From contig CANFNX010000001.1 of NCBI GenBank assembly GCA_947448495.1, positions 1-52,384 of the forward strand: a DNA stretch of 52,384 bases, in the 5' to 3' direction. Within the stretch, counting starts at the first letter, position 1. Every line of letters begins with the position of its first letter. This document shows, one piece after another, positions 28,862-38,361 of the stretch. Position numbers and translations under genes: made by a program. Source of the stretch: Bacteriovoracaceae bacterium (lineage in GTDB: Bacteria; Bdellovibrionota; Bacteriovoracia; Bacteriovoracales; Bacteriovoracaceae). Below the pieces are notes generated by a model. The model saw only the letters and a program-made list of their open reading frames with translations. It was not told the DNA's origin and did not search any database.

Positions 28862-28869
28862 TCCTTCGA

Positions 28870-30576
28870 TTAAATACTTAAGCTCTTCTTCGCACCCTTA
28901 CCCACATACAACTCAAAGAGGATGTGGCTGACGAAGTAAGATGTATAAACGGTAGTGGCGATACCAATTAAAAGTGTCACAGCAAAACCACGAACAGGAC
29001 CAGTACCGAAATTAAGTAAGCAAATACCTGCGAGAGCAGTCGTGATGTTGGCATCTGCGATGGCCCAGAAAGCTTTTTCAAAACCGATTCGAACAGCTTC
29101 TTGAGGTGAAATCCCAGCACGAATCTCTTCACGAATTCTCTCGTAGATCAAAATGTTACCATCAACCGCCATCCCGACAGTCAAAGCAATACCAGCAATC
29201 CCTGGTAATGAAAGAGTTGCACCGATAGCAATCAGGAATGAAAGCGTGAAAAGAACGTTCAAAATGATAGTCACAGTCGCGATGAGACCAGAGAGCTTAT
29301 AGTAAAAGCACATGAACGCCAATACTAGGAACGATCCAATAAGTGCTGCCATCTGAGCTTTCTCAATAGCATCAGCACCTAGTGAAGGACCAACCACACG
29401 TTGCTCTTCAAAAACGAGTTCAACAGGAAGGGCACCCGCTCTCAGAACCAAGGCCAAGTCACGAGCTTCTTGCATGACCGCATTATAGTCGCCTGCACCC
29501 AAAGTAATTTGGGCCGACCCACCAGCAATTCGAGATTGAACAACAGGAGCCGAATAAACGTTACCATCAAGAACAATCGCTAAACGCTTACCAATGTGTG
29601 ATCCCGTAATTTCTTCAAAAATCTTTGCACCATTGGCCTTAAATTCTAAAGCAACATAGGGACGGTTTTGCTCTTGGTCCATACGAACAAAAGCTTCTTG
29701 AAGCTCTTCACCCGTAAGTGAAGCCGCAGTATCCACGAGGTAAGGATCCATTCTCGTAATTTCATTGGTATTTTTGTTTGTTTCTTTTGAGAACGAAATC
29801 TCATAGCCCTTCGGTAGGTCAGCGGCGAGAGTTTCATTTACTTTTCTTACGTACTCAGAAAAACGTGTCCCTTTTGTAAACTCAATACCAGCTTTTTTTA
29901 CTTTATCCATCCAATCAACAAGATTGGCCGCAGGAACCTCATCATTTACAAACTTGAATTCAAGCTTTGCCGTTTTACCGATTAATTCTTTCGCGCGATC
30001 AATATCTTTTACACCTGGTAATTGAACCACAATGCGATCCGTACCTTGAGAGACGATTTCCGGCTCTGTGACACCAAATTCATCAATACGGTTGCGAATG
30101 ACTTCAATCGATTTTGACAGGGCAGTGTCCTCAACTTCTTTAATGAGATCACGACCTAGTCCATAAGTCAGAACACCTTTATCATCACCAGTGAGTCTGA
30201 GAGTATTCCCAAAATACTTTGAGATTAATTCTTTGGCCTTTACCGTGTCTGCCGGATTGGTCAAAATGATAGAATGCTTTGGATCTTTAACATCAGCGAC
30301 AATCAAGTCACCTAATTTGATCTCAATGTTTTCATCCTTAAGAAGGTTTTGCATTTTGCGGGCACTGCCTACAATCTCGTCACGATAAACCTTATTAAAA
30401 TCAATTCCCAATACCATATAGAGTCCACCTTGGAGATCGAGTCCAAGATTGATCTTAGTCTTGAGAGGAAAAGCACTCTTTTCACTGAGTTTTAAGAAGG
30501 TCGGCGTGACCGACATGAAAGCAGCAACTGTTAGTGCTGCTAATAAACTAAAACGAATCCACCATCCCCTGGCCAT
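28870..30576 (-). CDS. secD: Protein translocase subunit SecD
   Basis: LGLDLQGG, RNRIDEFGVTEP, VGPSLG, GMAVDGNILIYERIREE; GGAG RBS before MARGW. Confidence 0.97.
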   Translation of the reverse strand: MARGWWIRFSLLAALTVAAFMSVTPTFLKLSEKSAFPLKTKINLGLDLQGGLYMVLGIDFNKVYRDEIVGSARKMQNLLKDENIEIKLGDLIVADVKDPKHSIILTNPADTVKAKELISKYFGNTLRLTGDDKGVLTYGLGRDLIKEVEDTALSKSIEVIRNRIDEFGVTEPEIVSQGTDRIVVQLPGVKDIDRAKELIGKTAKLEFKFVNDEVPAANLVDWMDKVKKAGIEFTKGTRFSEYVRKVNETLAADLPKGYEISFSKETNKNTNEITRMDPYLVDTAASLTGEELQEAFVRMDQEQNRPYVALEFKANGAKIFEEITGSHIGKRLAIVLDGNVYSAPVVQSRIAGGSAQITLGAGDYNAVMQEARDLALVLRAGALPVELVFEEQRVVGPSLGADAIEKAQMAALIGSFLVLAFMCFYYKLSGLIATVTIILNVLFTLSFLIAIGATLSLPGIAGIALTVGMAVDGNILIYERIREEIRAGISPQEAVRIGFEKAFWAIADANITTALAGICLLNFGTGPVRGFAVTLLIGIATTVYTSYFVSHILFELYVGKGAKKSLSI

Positions 30577-30627
30577 TGTGATCTCCATATCTTAAGAGGG
30601 TTTTAAATAAGTAAATGTATTCGGAAA

Positions 30628-30656
30628 ATTCTAAACAATTTAAAGAGGTTGAGCAA
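30628..30656 (-). promoter_or_regulatory. Sigma-70 promoter of secDF
   Basis: TTGCTC-N17-TAGAAT on the minus strand. Confidence 0.6.
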
Positions 30657-30663
30657 TCAGAAG

Positions 30664-30684
30664 AAAGGGGCGCGAAGCCCCTTT
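30664..30684 (-). terminator. Terminator after tatA
   Basis: AAAGGGGC-gcgaa-GCCCCTTT. Confidence 0.75.
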
Positions 30685-30686
30685 AT

Positions 30687-30962
30687 TTAAGAATGAGTAT
30701 CTTGTTTGTTAGAAGGGAGGACTTCGACCCCATCGGTCGCAGGATGCTGAGCAGCATCAGACAATTTAGGAGTATCATGAACCTCATGCTTCACTTCATT
30801 GACCGTATCTTGCATCTGGTCAGAGAAGCCCTTAGCAGCATTTTGGAACTCTCGAATGCCCTTCCCTAATCCTTTGGCAAGTTCAGGTAACTTTTTTGGC
30901 CCGATAAAAATCAAAGCAATTAAAAAGACGAGTACAAGCTCACCAAAGCCTAAACCAAACAC
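30687..30962 (-). CDS. tatA: Twin-arginine translocase TatA/TatB-family subunit
   Basis: GLGFGELVLVFLIALIFIGPKKLPELAKGLGKGIREF; GTG start. Confidence 0.85.
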   Translation of the reverse strand: MFGLGFGELVLVFLIALIFIGPKKLPELAKGLGKGIREFQNAAKGFSDQMQDTVNEVKHEVHDTPKLSDAAQHPATDGVEVLPSNKQDTHS

Positions 30963-30965
30963 AGC

Positions 30966-31316
30966 TTACTTCTTGTCAGTAGCAAAAATGCTAGCTGCAG
31001 AACCACCGATTTGAGACTTGAGAATTTTAAGCTTTCCCCCATTTTCAATTTCTAGCGTAACAGCTTTTTCAGCAATGGCAGTAACTTTCCCTAGGATGCC
31101 AGACTTCGTATAAATCTCATCTCCATGAGCAAGTTTGTTGATAAAGTTTTGCTCTTCTTCCATACGCTTTTTCTGAGGACGAATCATAAGGAAGTACATA
31201 ACTAAAAAGATTAGAACGAAAGGAATGAATGACATAAATGGTGATTGAGCAGTTGCAGCCGATGCAGCTGCTGTTGCTGCTTCAGCATGAGCAGATGAAA
31301 TAAGTAGATCTAGCAT
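30966..31316 (-). CDS. yajC: Preprotein translocase subunit YajC
   Basis: YFLMIRPQKKR, GDEIYTKSGILG. Confidence 0.96.
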   Translation of the reverse strand: MLDLLISSAHAEAATAAASAATAQSPFMSFIPFVLIFLVMYFLMIRPQKKRMEEEQNFINKLAHGDEIYTKSGILGKVTAIAEKAVTLEIENGGKLKILKSQIGGSAASIFATDKK

Positions 31317-31329
31317 AATTTATCCTTTG

Positions 31330-32442
31330 TTAATCCCAACGATGAGAAGTGTAATCGTTATAAAATTTTAGGTAATATCCGTCAAATTCACATTGAAAAA
31401 TCGACTCCCGGGCCTTTCTCACCATCTCTAAATAAAAGTTGATGTTGTGATAGGTGATTAACTGCCCGGCCAGGTACTCCCCCACATTGAATAAATGCCT
31501 GATGTAGGCCCGAGAGTATCTGGTACAAACTCGGCAGGAACATTCAGGATCGGGCGGGAGCGAGTCCTCGAGGAAGCGTGCTTTTTTAATATTTAAAGGG
31601 CCATGAGTTGTGAGAAACTGACCATTGCGAGCATTTCTGGTTGGAAGCACGCAGTCAAACATATCAAGGCCGGCCTTAATCCCATTTAATACATCCAGCG
31701 GTTTCCCCACACCCATCAAGTAGCGTGGCTTTTCTTTAGGCATAGTGGGGACGAATTTATCACAAAATTCCACCATTTCTTCATTCTTTTCCCCAACGGA
31801 AAGACCACCTAGGGCATAACCATCAAAACCTAATTCAATCAGGCCCTGCATACTTTCAGTACGTAAATCAAAATGAAGTCCGCCCTGAATAATACCAAAA
31901 AGATGTTGGTGCTCTTTAAGCTCAATCGTTTTACAGCGTTTGGCCCACCGGTGAGTGAGCTCCATGCTGGTTCGAAGAGTTTCCTTGGTTGCCGGCAGTT
32001 TTGGACATTCATCGAATGCCATCACAATATCAGACCCAAGTGCGCGCTGAATCTGCATGGATTTTTCAGGAGTGATTAAATGACGAGATCCATCGATGTG
32101 AGACTGAAAAGTGACGCCTTCTTCAGTCAGTTTATTAATATCTGAGAGTGAAAAAACTTGATAACCACCCGAGTCCGTCAGAATGGGACGAGGCCAGCTC
32201 ATAAATTTATGAAGACCACCCATCTTTTCAATCAATTCATGTCCAGGTTTTAGATAAAGATGATAGGTATTCCCAAGAATAATTTGAGCGTTCAGAGATT
32301 CGAGGTCTTCCTGCCAGAGTGTTTTGACCGATGCACGGGTCCCAACGGGCATAAAGATCGGAGTTTCAATCACTCCATGAGAAGTATAAATACGGCCGGC
32401 ACGGGCCTGTCCAGATTGAGCTTCAAGTTGAAAAAATGTCAT
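31330..32442 (-). CDS. tgt: tRNA-guanine transglycosylase
   Basis: TPIFMPVGT, TDSGGYQVFS, DMFDCVLPTRNARNG, Zn motif CSCRVC. Confidence 0.98.
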   Translation of the reverse strand: MTFFQLEAQSGQARAGRIYTSHGVIETPIFMPVGTRASVKTLWQEDLESLNAQIILGNTYHLYLKPGHELIEKMGGLHKFMSWPRPILTDSGGYQVFSLSDINKLTEEGVTFQSHIDGSRHLITPEKSMQIQRALGSDIVMAFDECPKLPATKETLRTSMELTHRWAKRCKTIELKEHQHLFGIIQGGLHFDLRTESMQGLIELGFDGYALGGLSVGEKNEEMVEFCDKFVPTMPKEKPRYLMGVGKPLDVLNGIKAGLDMFDCVLPTRNARNGQFLTTHGPLNIKKARFLEDSLPPDPECSCRVCTRYSRAYIRHLFNVGEYLAGQLITYHNINFYLEMVRKARESIFQCEFDGYYLKFYNDYTSHRWD

Positions 32443-32459
32443 GCTTATCTTTAAATGAT

Positions 32460-32813
32460 TTAGACCGAACTTTCAATAAAACAACGGTATGAAACTGAAG
32501 TTTTATCAGCACTCATGATCTTCATGTCTCGCTCATTACCCTTAGACTGAATTTTTAATATCAACTGCTCTGGGCCCTTCATGGTAATCCAGCGTCCATT
32601 ATTTGTGGAGAAACTAAAATCGAGTTCATTAAGATCATCTTCTGCACTTGAAAAACTTGCTCCTGACCTAAGATCATCGGCATCTGGAATCAAAAGCATC
32701 AGTTTATCAGATATTCTTTCACCAGTGATGACTTGATAGCACTGGAAGTGGTAACTCGCAAAAGTTGAAAAAGAGAACACAAGGGAGATGAGAACGAAAA
32801 TTTTTTTATGCAT
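32460..32813 (-). CDS. Secreted hypothetical protein
   Basis: Signal peptide; Cys near each terminus. Confidence 0.7.
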   Translation of the reverse strand: MHKKIFVLISLVFSFSTFASYHFQCYQVITGERISDKLMLLIPDADDLRSGASFSSAEDDLNELDFSFSTNNGRWITMKGPEQLILKIQSKGNERDMKIMSADKTSVSYRCFIESSV

Positions 32814-32823
32814 AAAACCTTAA

Positions 32824-32846
32824 AGGGGATGAATGAATCATCCCCT
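32824..32846 (-). terminator. Hairpin between two hypothetical genes
   Basis: AGGGGATGA-atgaa-TCATCCCCT. Confidence 0.55.
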
Positions 32847-32866
32847 ACTTAATCAAAAACTAAAAA

Positions 32867-33193
32867 TTATCCGCCAATTTTCTCATCGATACATTTTGTA
32901 GTGAACTCTAAAAAGCTGATTTCGTGATCAATAACAACGTTTTCAAGTTCAAGAACATCACTGTCTAATTCTAATTGCTGAATTTTATCTTTTTTATTTG
33001 TTCTCTTTGCTAATTTAGAAGCGACTTCCTCTCTCACCATTTTTAGTTCATTTTGCTTAACATTCGACATCAGTTTACTCATAAGTTGAATATCATTTAT
33101 CGACAATTCATTACACTTTAGGTTTCCCCATTCAACTGTTGCAAATGCATTAACTGAAGAAAGAACGATTAGAGAAGCGATAATTTTTTTCAT
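32867..33193 (-). CDS. Secreted helical hypothetical protein
   Basis: GGAG RBS before MKKIIASLIVLSSVNAFA at 33193. Confidence 0.72.
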   Translation of the reverse strand: MKKIIASLIVLSSVNAFATVEWGNLKCNELSINDIQLMSKLMSNVKQNELKMVREEVASKLAKRTNKKDKIQQLELDSDVLELENVVIDHEISFLEFTTKCIDEKIGG

Positions 33194-33473
33194 GATGATC
33201 TCCGTATTGATTGTTAAATAAAAGGAAATATTTTTGGAGATCATAGCGGAGATTATTTTATTTCTCAGTGCCTTTGAAAAAGTTATGAGGGTGAATAAAA
33301 AAGTGTAAAGAAATTAGACAGTGATTTCAAAAAATGGACGCTCTTTCTGAGGACTCAGTTCCATTCCAACGACCCATTAACCGAGATAAAGCTTTTGAAT
33401 GCTCCAAGTTATTGAAAATCAGTCGTTTTATTACCCTCCAATGATTTATTCCCACACCCCAATGAAGGTAACT

Positions 33474-33490
33474 TTGGCATCATGTATGCA
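33474..33490 (+). promoter_or_regulatory. Candidate sigma-54 promoter of the biosynthetic cluster
   Basis: TTGGCATCATGTATGCA (GG-N10-GC); IHF-like site 33405-33417; TGT-N11-ACA at 33304-33320. Confidence 0.5.
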
Positions 33491-33492
33491 CT

Positions 33493-34242
33493 ATGAAGAG
33501 TATGAAATCTTTTGGTTTGTTTTGCCTTGGACTCTTTTGCCTGTGGCCCGTATCGGGTCGCTCCAAAGCATTGCCAAATCATAAGCAGTGTTTTTCAAAT
33601 CATATTCAACAGGCCTTGCAGATCAATTCAAAGCGCAAAAAACTTTACCACAAGCTTAGCCACGGGCAATCAGATCTCATTTATACAGAATTAATGACGA
33701 TGGAAAGGCTCACCCTCAAATTGGCCAGGTGGATCGATCAAAGGGCAGAGGTTTATCACAATCATGGAATGAATCTTTTTTGCTCTGAATTCTTACCCAT
33801 GCAAGAAAAAGATCTAGATACTAGTATCCCTGAAAATCCAGGGAGAGAATTTGACTGGAAAAAATATCAGCGTCCCCTGACTCGAGCACTTAAGGCCAAT
33901 CACTTTGATGAAGTTCGTCGTCTCTCCCTTGACGCCCTCGTCGAGTTAAAAGATGGCCCGCAATTTCATTGTCTCTCTCGCCATTTTTTTGAATCCATTT
34001 ATCGCTTTGCCTATTTTGCTCCAAAAAGAATGACTGAGGCCAAGGCACTTCATCTTAAATCACCAAAAAAAATGCTGAAGCAAATTATTCAAGGACACAT
34101 TTTAGGTCTATGGTTTGTAAATCACATTGATAAGAAAGCAATGCCTTTGCAAATGCAGGGAATTCCCATGCTTTGTCATGAATTACCTGAATTATTAAAT
34201 GACATAAAACTTGATGAACTGAGAGCTCTTAAAGAGCAATAG
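33493..34242 (+). CDS. Secreted helical hypothetical protein, first gene of the cluster
   Basis: Signal-like N terminus; 8 nt from the next gene; start may be 33502. Confidence 0.75.
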   Translation: MKSMKSFGLFCLGLFCLWPVSGRSKALPNHKQCFSNHIQQALQINSKRKKLYHKLSHGQSDLIYTELMTMERLTLKLARWIDQRAEVYHNHGMNLFCSEFLPMQEKDLDTSIPENPGREFDWKKYQRPLTRALKANHFDEVRRLSLDALVELKDGPQFHCLSRHFFESIYRFAYFAPKRMTEAKALHLKSPKKMLKQIIQGHILGLWFVNHIDKKAMPLQMQGIPMLCHELPELLNDIKLDELRALKEQ

Positions 34243-34250
34243 GATCTTGT

Positions 34251-35231
34251 ATGGCAAAAATTAGTGTTTATCTCAATTCAAATTCCTCTCAGGGGGATTC
34301 AAGCTTTAGAGCTGAAGAGCTAAAAAAGTTTTTCTTTCGCCATGAGATGCAAGTAAAAAGTCCTCGCTCTATTGAAGAGCTTAATCAACAACTTCACGAT
34401 GATGTTCAAAATGGAACACAATATGTCTTTGCCGCAGGTGGAGATGGAACGATGAATGCTGTTTCTCAAAGCCTCGTCGACAAAAATATAAAATTAATGA
34501 TTCTGCCCGCCGGTACGGCCAATGATTTCGCAAAGGAACTAGGACTAACCAATAATTTAAAAAAAATCACACAGATATTTAATGCCCAAACCACAAAAAA
34601 AATCGACGCCATCAACGTCAATGGCCGCTTCATGATGACCAATGGAGGCATCGGGATGGCATGCGAAGTCGCCGCCACTGTTGATCGGATGAGAAAACAA
34701 AGTTTACTCTTTAAGAAAATGATGAAAACGATTGGCAAAGAGACTTATTCACTAGTCTATGCGCAGAAGATGTTAACCAAGCCTTATCACGCCAGAAGAG
34801 TTTTCATACAATCAAAAGACTCACCTCTTTTAGATCCAAGAGTCTCGACTCCCATGATCCTTATTAACAACCAAGAGTTTATTGGTGGGAAATTTCAAGT
34901 CGCTCCTAAAACACTTAATGATGATGGAAAATTTAATGTGACAATCTTTTTGCATCAGAATCGCATGGACTTTTTGAAATGCACATTGATGATGATGCAA
35001 GGAAAGTGTCCCACAGACGATAAAAATCTCATCAGTTTTGAAACGGATGACCTCAGCTTGCTTTCATTAGACGACAAACCACTTACATTTTTTGGGGATG
35101 GTGAAATCTTCCCTGAACAAAAAGAGATGCATATTTCTATTCGTCCGCAGGCCCTTGAGGTTTGTTCTTACAAGGGCGAATCGATGCTCTGTGCAAGTCA
35201 CTCTCTAGACAAAATTGATATGATCCAATGA
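34251..35231 (+). CDS. Diacylglycerol/sphingosine kinase family lipid kinase
   Basis: AAGGDGTMNAV, LPAGTANDFA, DDGKFNV, GDGE. Confidence 0.92.
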   Translation: MAKISVYLNSNSSQGDSSFRAEELKKFFFRHEMQVKSPRSIEELNQQLHDDVQNGTQYVFAAGGDGTMNAVSQSLVDKNIKLMILPAGTANDFAKELGLTNNLKKITQIFNAQTTKKIDAINVNGRFMMTNGGIGMACEVAATVDRMRKQSLLFKKMMKTIGKETYSLVYAQKMLTKPYHARRVFIQSKDSPLLDPRVSTPMILINNQEFIGGKFQVAPKTLNDDGKFNVTIFLHQNRMDFLKCTLMMMQGKCPTDDKNLISFETDDLSLLSLDDKPLTFFGDGEIFPEQKEMHISIRPQALEVCSYKGESMLCASHSLDKIDMIQ

Positions 35232-36262
35232 ATATTCTCATCATCGGTGGGACTGGTTTTATCGGTCAGCGTTTAGTCAGACGCCTTCATCAAGAAGGCC
35301 AGAAGATTTTTCTCTTGGTTCGACCGAAAAGTATTGAAAAGGCAAAAAGACTTTTTGCAGATCTTTCAGACATCACATTTCTGCGTGGAGATATTGAAAA
35401 CACGGATCTACTTGCAGATGTAGGGCAAACAGGAAAAGTTTCAGATCAAATAGATTGCCTCATACATCTCGCGGCCGTTTACCAACTTGATATATCCCCA
35501 TCAGAGGCCTATATTCAGAATGTCGTCGGGACTCAAAACGTCCTCAAGTTCATAACCCGCTTAAAAAATCTTCGCTACTTTCATTACTTTAGTACTTATG
35601 CAGTCAATCAGGTTCTTTCAGGACAGGTCAAAGAATCTGATCTTATTCCAGAGAGCTCTCATTTTTTTGATGAATACGCCCGAAGTAAAAACCAAGCCGA
35701 GCACCTGGTGCGGGAACTCACTCCCAAATCTATTTACACTATCATCCATCGACCTGGTATTGTGGTGGGAGATTCCGTCACTGGGGAGCGTGATAAGGAT
35801 GATGGTCCTTATTATTTTTTTAACTTCATTCAAAAAATTAAATCACTCGGTAAAATTTCAGAAAAACTGAAAGTACTGCCACTACCTGTTGAGTCGAATT
35901 CTCTGATGCCAGTTATCCCCGTCAACACTTTAATTGAGTGGTCCACACAGATTATTTTAACACCAGTGGAGAGGCCTATCACTTGCTATCATCTCGTCCC
36001 TAAGCAGGAGATTAAGACAAAAGATTTTCTCCAACTTTCTATAGATCTGTTAAACTCTCCCTTAAAGATTGTTGGCATTTCAGTGAGCGGAATGTTCCCA
36101 CCCATCTTTAAGTTGTTACGACTTCCAGAGCAATTAGTCTTTTACATGAAAAGTCGTGCTCGATTGGATCGCTCTCAGCTTGAAGCGGACTATCCCGAAC
36201 TTACTGGTCCTGATTATAAAGAGTATCTGCCGAATTTAATAAAGGCATTTTTGGCCAAGTAA
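35228..36262 (+). CDS. Extended SDR, fatty acyl reductase/thioester reductase-like
   Basis: GGTGFIG, HLAAVY, NVVGT, YARSK (YxxxK), RPGIVVGDS. Confidence 0.88.
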   Translation: MNILIIGGTGFIGQRLVRRLHQEGQKIFLLVRPKSIEKAKRLFADLSDITFLRGDIENTDLLADVGQTGKVSDQIDCLIHLAAVYQLDISPSEAYIQNVVGTQNVLKFITRLKNLRYFHYFSTYAVNQVLSGQVKESDLIPESSHFFDEYARSKNQAEHLVRELTPKSIYTIIHRPGIVVGDSVTGERDKDDGPYYFFNFIQKIKSLGKISEKLKVLPLPVESNSLMPVIPVNTLIEWSTQIILTPVERPITCYHLVPKQEIKTKDFLQLSIDLLNSPLKIVGISVSGMFPPIFKLLRLPEQLVFYMKSRARLDRSQLEADYPELTGPDYKEYLPNLIKAFLAK

Positions 36263-36265
36263 ACC

Positions 36266-38305
36266 ATGAAAGAGATCATCAAACTTAGTTTTGGAAGCTC
36301 ACGAGAAAATTTCGACCAGGTGGTCGAGATGAATGGTGAGCAATTTCATGTTAGAGGTCTTGGCGCCAACTATGACTTTGATCTTGCCCTAGAAATCGTC
36401 AAACGATATGCCTCTGAATGCGACGCCTTTGCTCTGTCTGGGTTTATCCTGGATATTAAGGTCGGCAAAGAAACCTACGTTCACCACATGGTGAAAAAAA
36501 TCAGAGAGGCAGCCCAGGGCAAACCAGTTCTGGATGGTAATATGCTCCGGAAGGCGGCCATCCCTTGGGCGATGAAAAAATACCTCGAGCAAGATAAACA
36601 TTTTCTCTCGAACAAAACTATCGCTTTTTATACGGGACTTGTTCAGTGGAGCTTTCTCCCCTTTTTTGATGAATATCAATGCCACTTACTTTTCGGAGAT
36701 CTTTTTTTCTCATTAGGAATCCCTGTCTCAATTGATGGGATGAAAGGTCTAGAGACTTTTTTGAAAATCAATGCCCCTCTGCTTTCCCGCATGAAACTCA
36801 ACAAGAAAGTGATTCGCGACTTTAGCTCCTATCAAACGAAAAATAAGCTTATGCAGCCGTTTCTAGATGCTGATATCTTTTTTGTGACTGAATCACAACT
36901 CAAGTTTACTGAGCTTAATGACCTACGGGGGAAAACGGTTGTGATTGACCGCCTCACTGAAGAAAATGAAAAGAAAATTTTTCAGGCAAAGGCCGATCGT
37001 ATTCTTAATCTCTTCCCCATCAATACCCATGACAATCAATTAAGTTCATCTGTCATAGAGGCGATTCTCAGTGTCACCCGTGGCAATGGATTTGTAAGTG
37101 AAGAAGATATTTTAGAAAATCTACAAGAGACTCAAATCCGTCCTGTGATGCATGAATCCTCAAATAAACAATTGGGTCACGATCAATTTGCTTTTATCAT
37201 TCACCCACTTTCAAAATCTCAAATCGCTCAAATACCAGGACTGGAATTTTTGAAGAAAACACCTCTCCTGGACGTAGCCGAAAATGTGGCTTCCAAACTC
37301 CCTGGATATCATTACTGCCAGATTACTGGAATCAAGTCAGACTTTAATGGCAAGGAAGTCACTGGAGATCTTTACTTGCTGCCTTCTACGCCCAAAATGC
37401 TGCTCACCAATCCCACTGAGAAAGTTTACGATGCTCTTAATTCAATTTGTGAGATGGCCCATAAAAAAGGGGCCAAGCTGATTGGCCTAGGCGCCTATAC
37501 AAAAATCGTTGGCGATGCGGGAATTACAGTCAATAGACGCTCTCCTATTCCCGTCACGACAGGAAACTCACTTTCCTCAGCTGCCACCCTTTGGGCCGCG
37601 AGTTACGGTATCGATAAAATGGGATTAGTGAAAAAATCCAATAACCACTATCACGGCACCTGTATGATCATCGGGGCGACAGGAAGTATTGGAAAAGTTT
37701 GCGCTCGAATTCTATCCAAGCAGTGGAATAAAGTTGTGGTGGTGGCCCCACGTCCTTATAAGGTGCTAGAACTGGTTTCGCAGCTCAAAGAGTTTGCTCC
37801 TGAAACCGAAATCATTGGAACAACCAATCCAAATAAATATTCACCTGAATCGGATCTGATTATCACGTCGACCTCTGCTCAAGGAGAGCGAGTTCTAGAT
37901 ATTGATTTGGTTAAACCTGGATGCGTGATTTGTGATGTCTCTCGCCCATTTGATATTTCCCTGGAAGATGCGGCCAGAAGACCTGATGTTCTCATTATTG
38001 CCAGTGGTGAAGTTGATTTGCCAGGAGACGTGAAAGTCCAAAAGACCATAGGCCTTGAGGGTGAAACAGTTTATGCTTGTCTGGCAGAAACGGCGTTGCT
38101 CACCATGGAAGGAACCTTTGAGAGTTTTTCTTTGTCACGAGAACTTTCCTATGAAAAAGTCGTGCAAATTGATCGGCTTTCACGAAAGCACGGGATCAGG
38201 CTCTCAAGCATTATGGGCCATACCGGTGAAATCAGTGAACTTGAAATCGCTTCTTGCCGTGAACTTGCGATCCAAAAACTCGCCACCTCAATTATTCCTG
38301 ACTAA
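36266..38305 (+). CDS. Fusion of an unknown N-terminal domain and an acyl-ACP reductase (AAR)-like domain
   Basis: C-terminal half FAFIIHP, GLGAYT, TTGNS, GATGSIG, DVSRP, YACLAE (catalytic Cys position of cyanobacterial AAR). Confidence 0.75.
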   Translation: MKEIIKLSFGSSRENFDQVVEMNGEQFHVRGLGANYDFDLALEIVKRYASECDAFALSGFILDIKVGKETYVHHMVKKIREAAQGKPVLDGNMLRKAAIPWAMKKYLEQDKHFLSNKTIAFYTGLVQWSFLPFFDEYQCHLLFGDLFFSLGIPVSIDGMKGLETFLKINAPLLSRMKLNKKVIRDFSSYQTKNKLMQPFLDADIFFVTESQLKFTELNDLRGKTVVIDRLTEENEKKIFQAKADRILNLFPINTHDNQLSSSVIEAILSVTRGNGFVSEEDILENLQETQIRPVMHESSNKQLGHDQFAFIIHPLSKSQIAQIPGLEFLKKTPLLDVAENVASKLPGYHYCQITGIKSDFNGKEVTGDLYLLPSTPKMLLTNPTEKVYDALNSICEMAHKKGAKLIGLGAYTKIVGDAGITVNRRSPIPVTTGNSLSSAATLWAASYGIDKMGLVKKSNNHYHGTCMIIGATGSIGKVCARILSKQWNKVVVVAPRPYKVLELVSQLKEFAPETEIIGTTNPNKYSPESDLIITSTSAQGERVLDIDLVKPGCVICDVSRPFDISLEDAARRPDVLIIASGEVDLPGDVKVQKTIGLEGETVYACLAETALLTMEGTFESFSLSRELSYEKVVQIDRLSRKHGIRLSSIMGHTGEISELEIASCRELAIQKLATSIIPD

Positions 38306-38361
38306 CTCTTTTTTTTCTTCGTTTCAATTGATTCAAAAATTGAACTACCGATAAGAAACAC

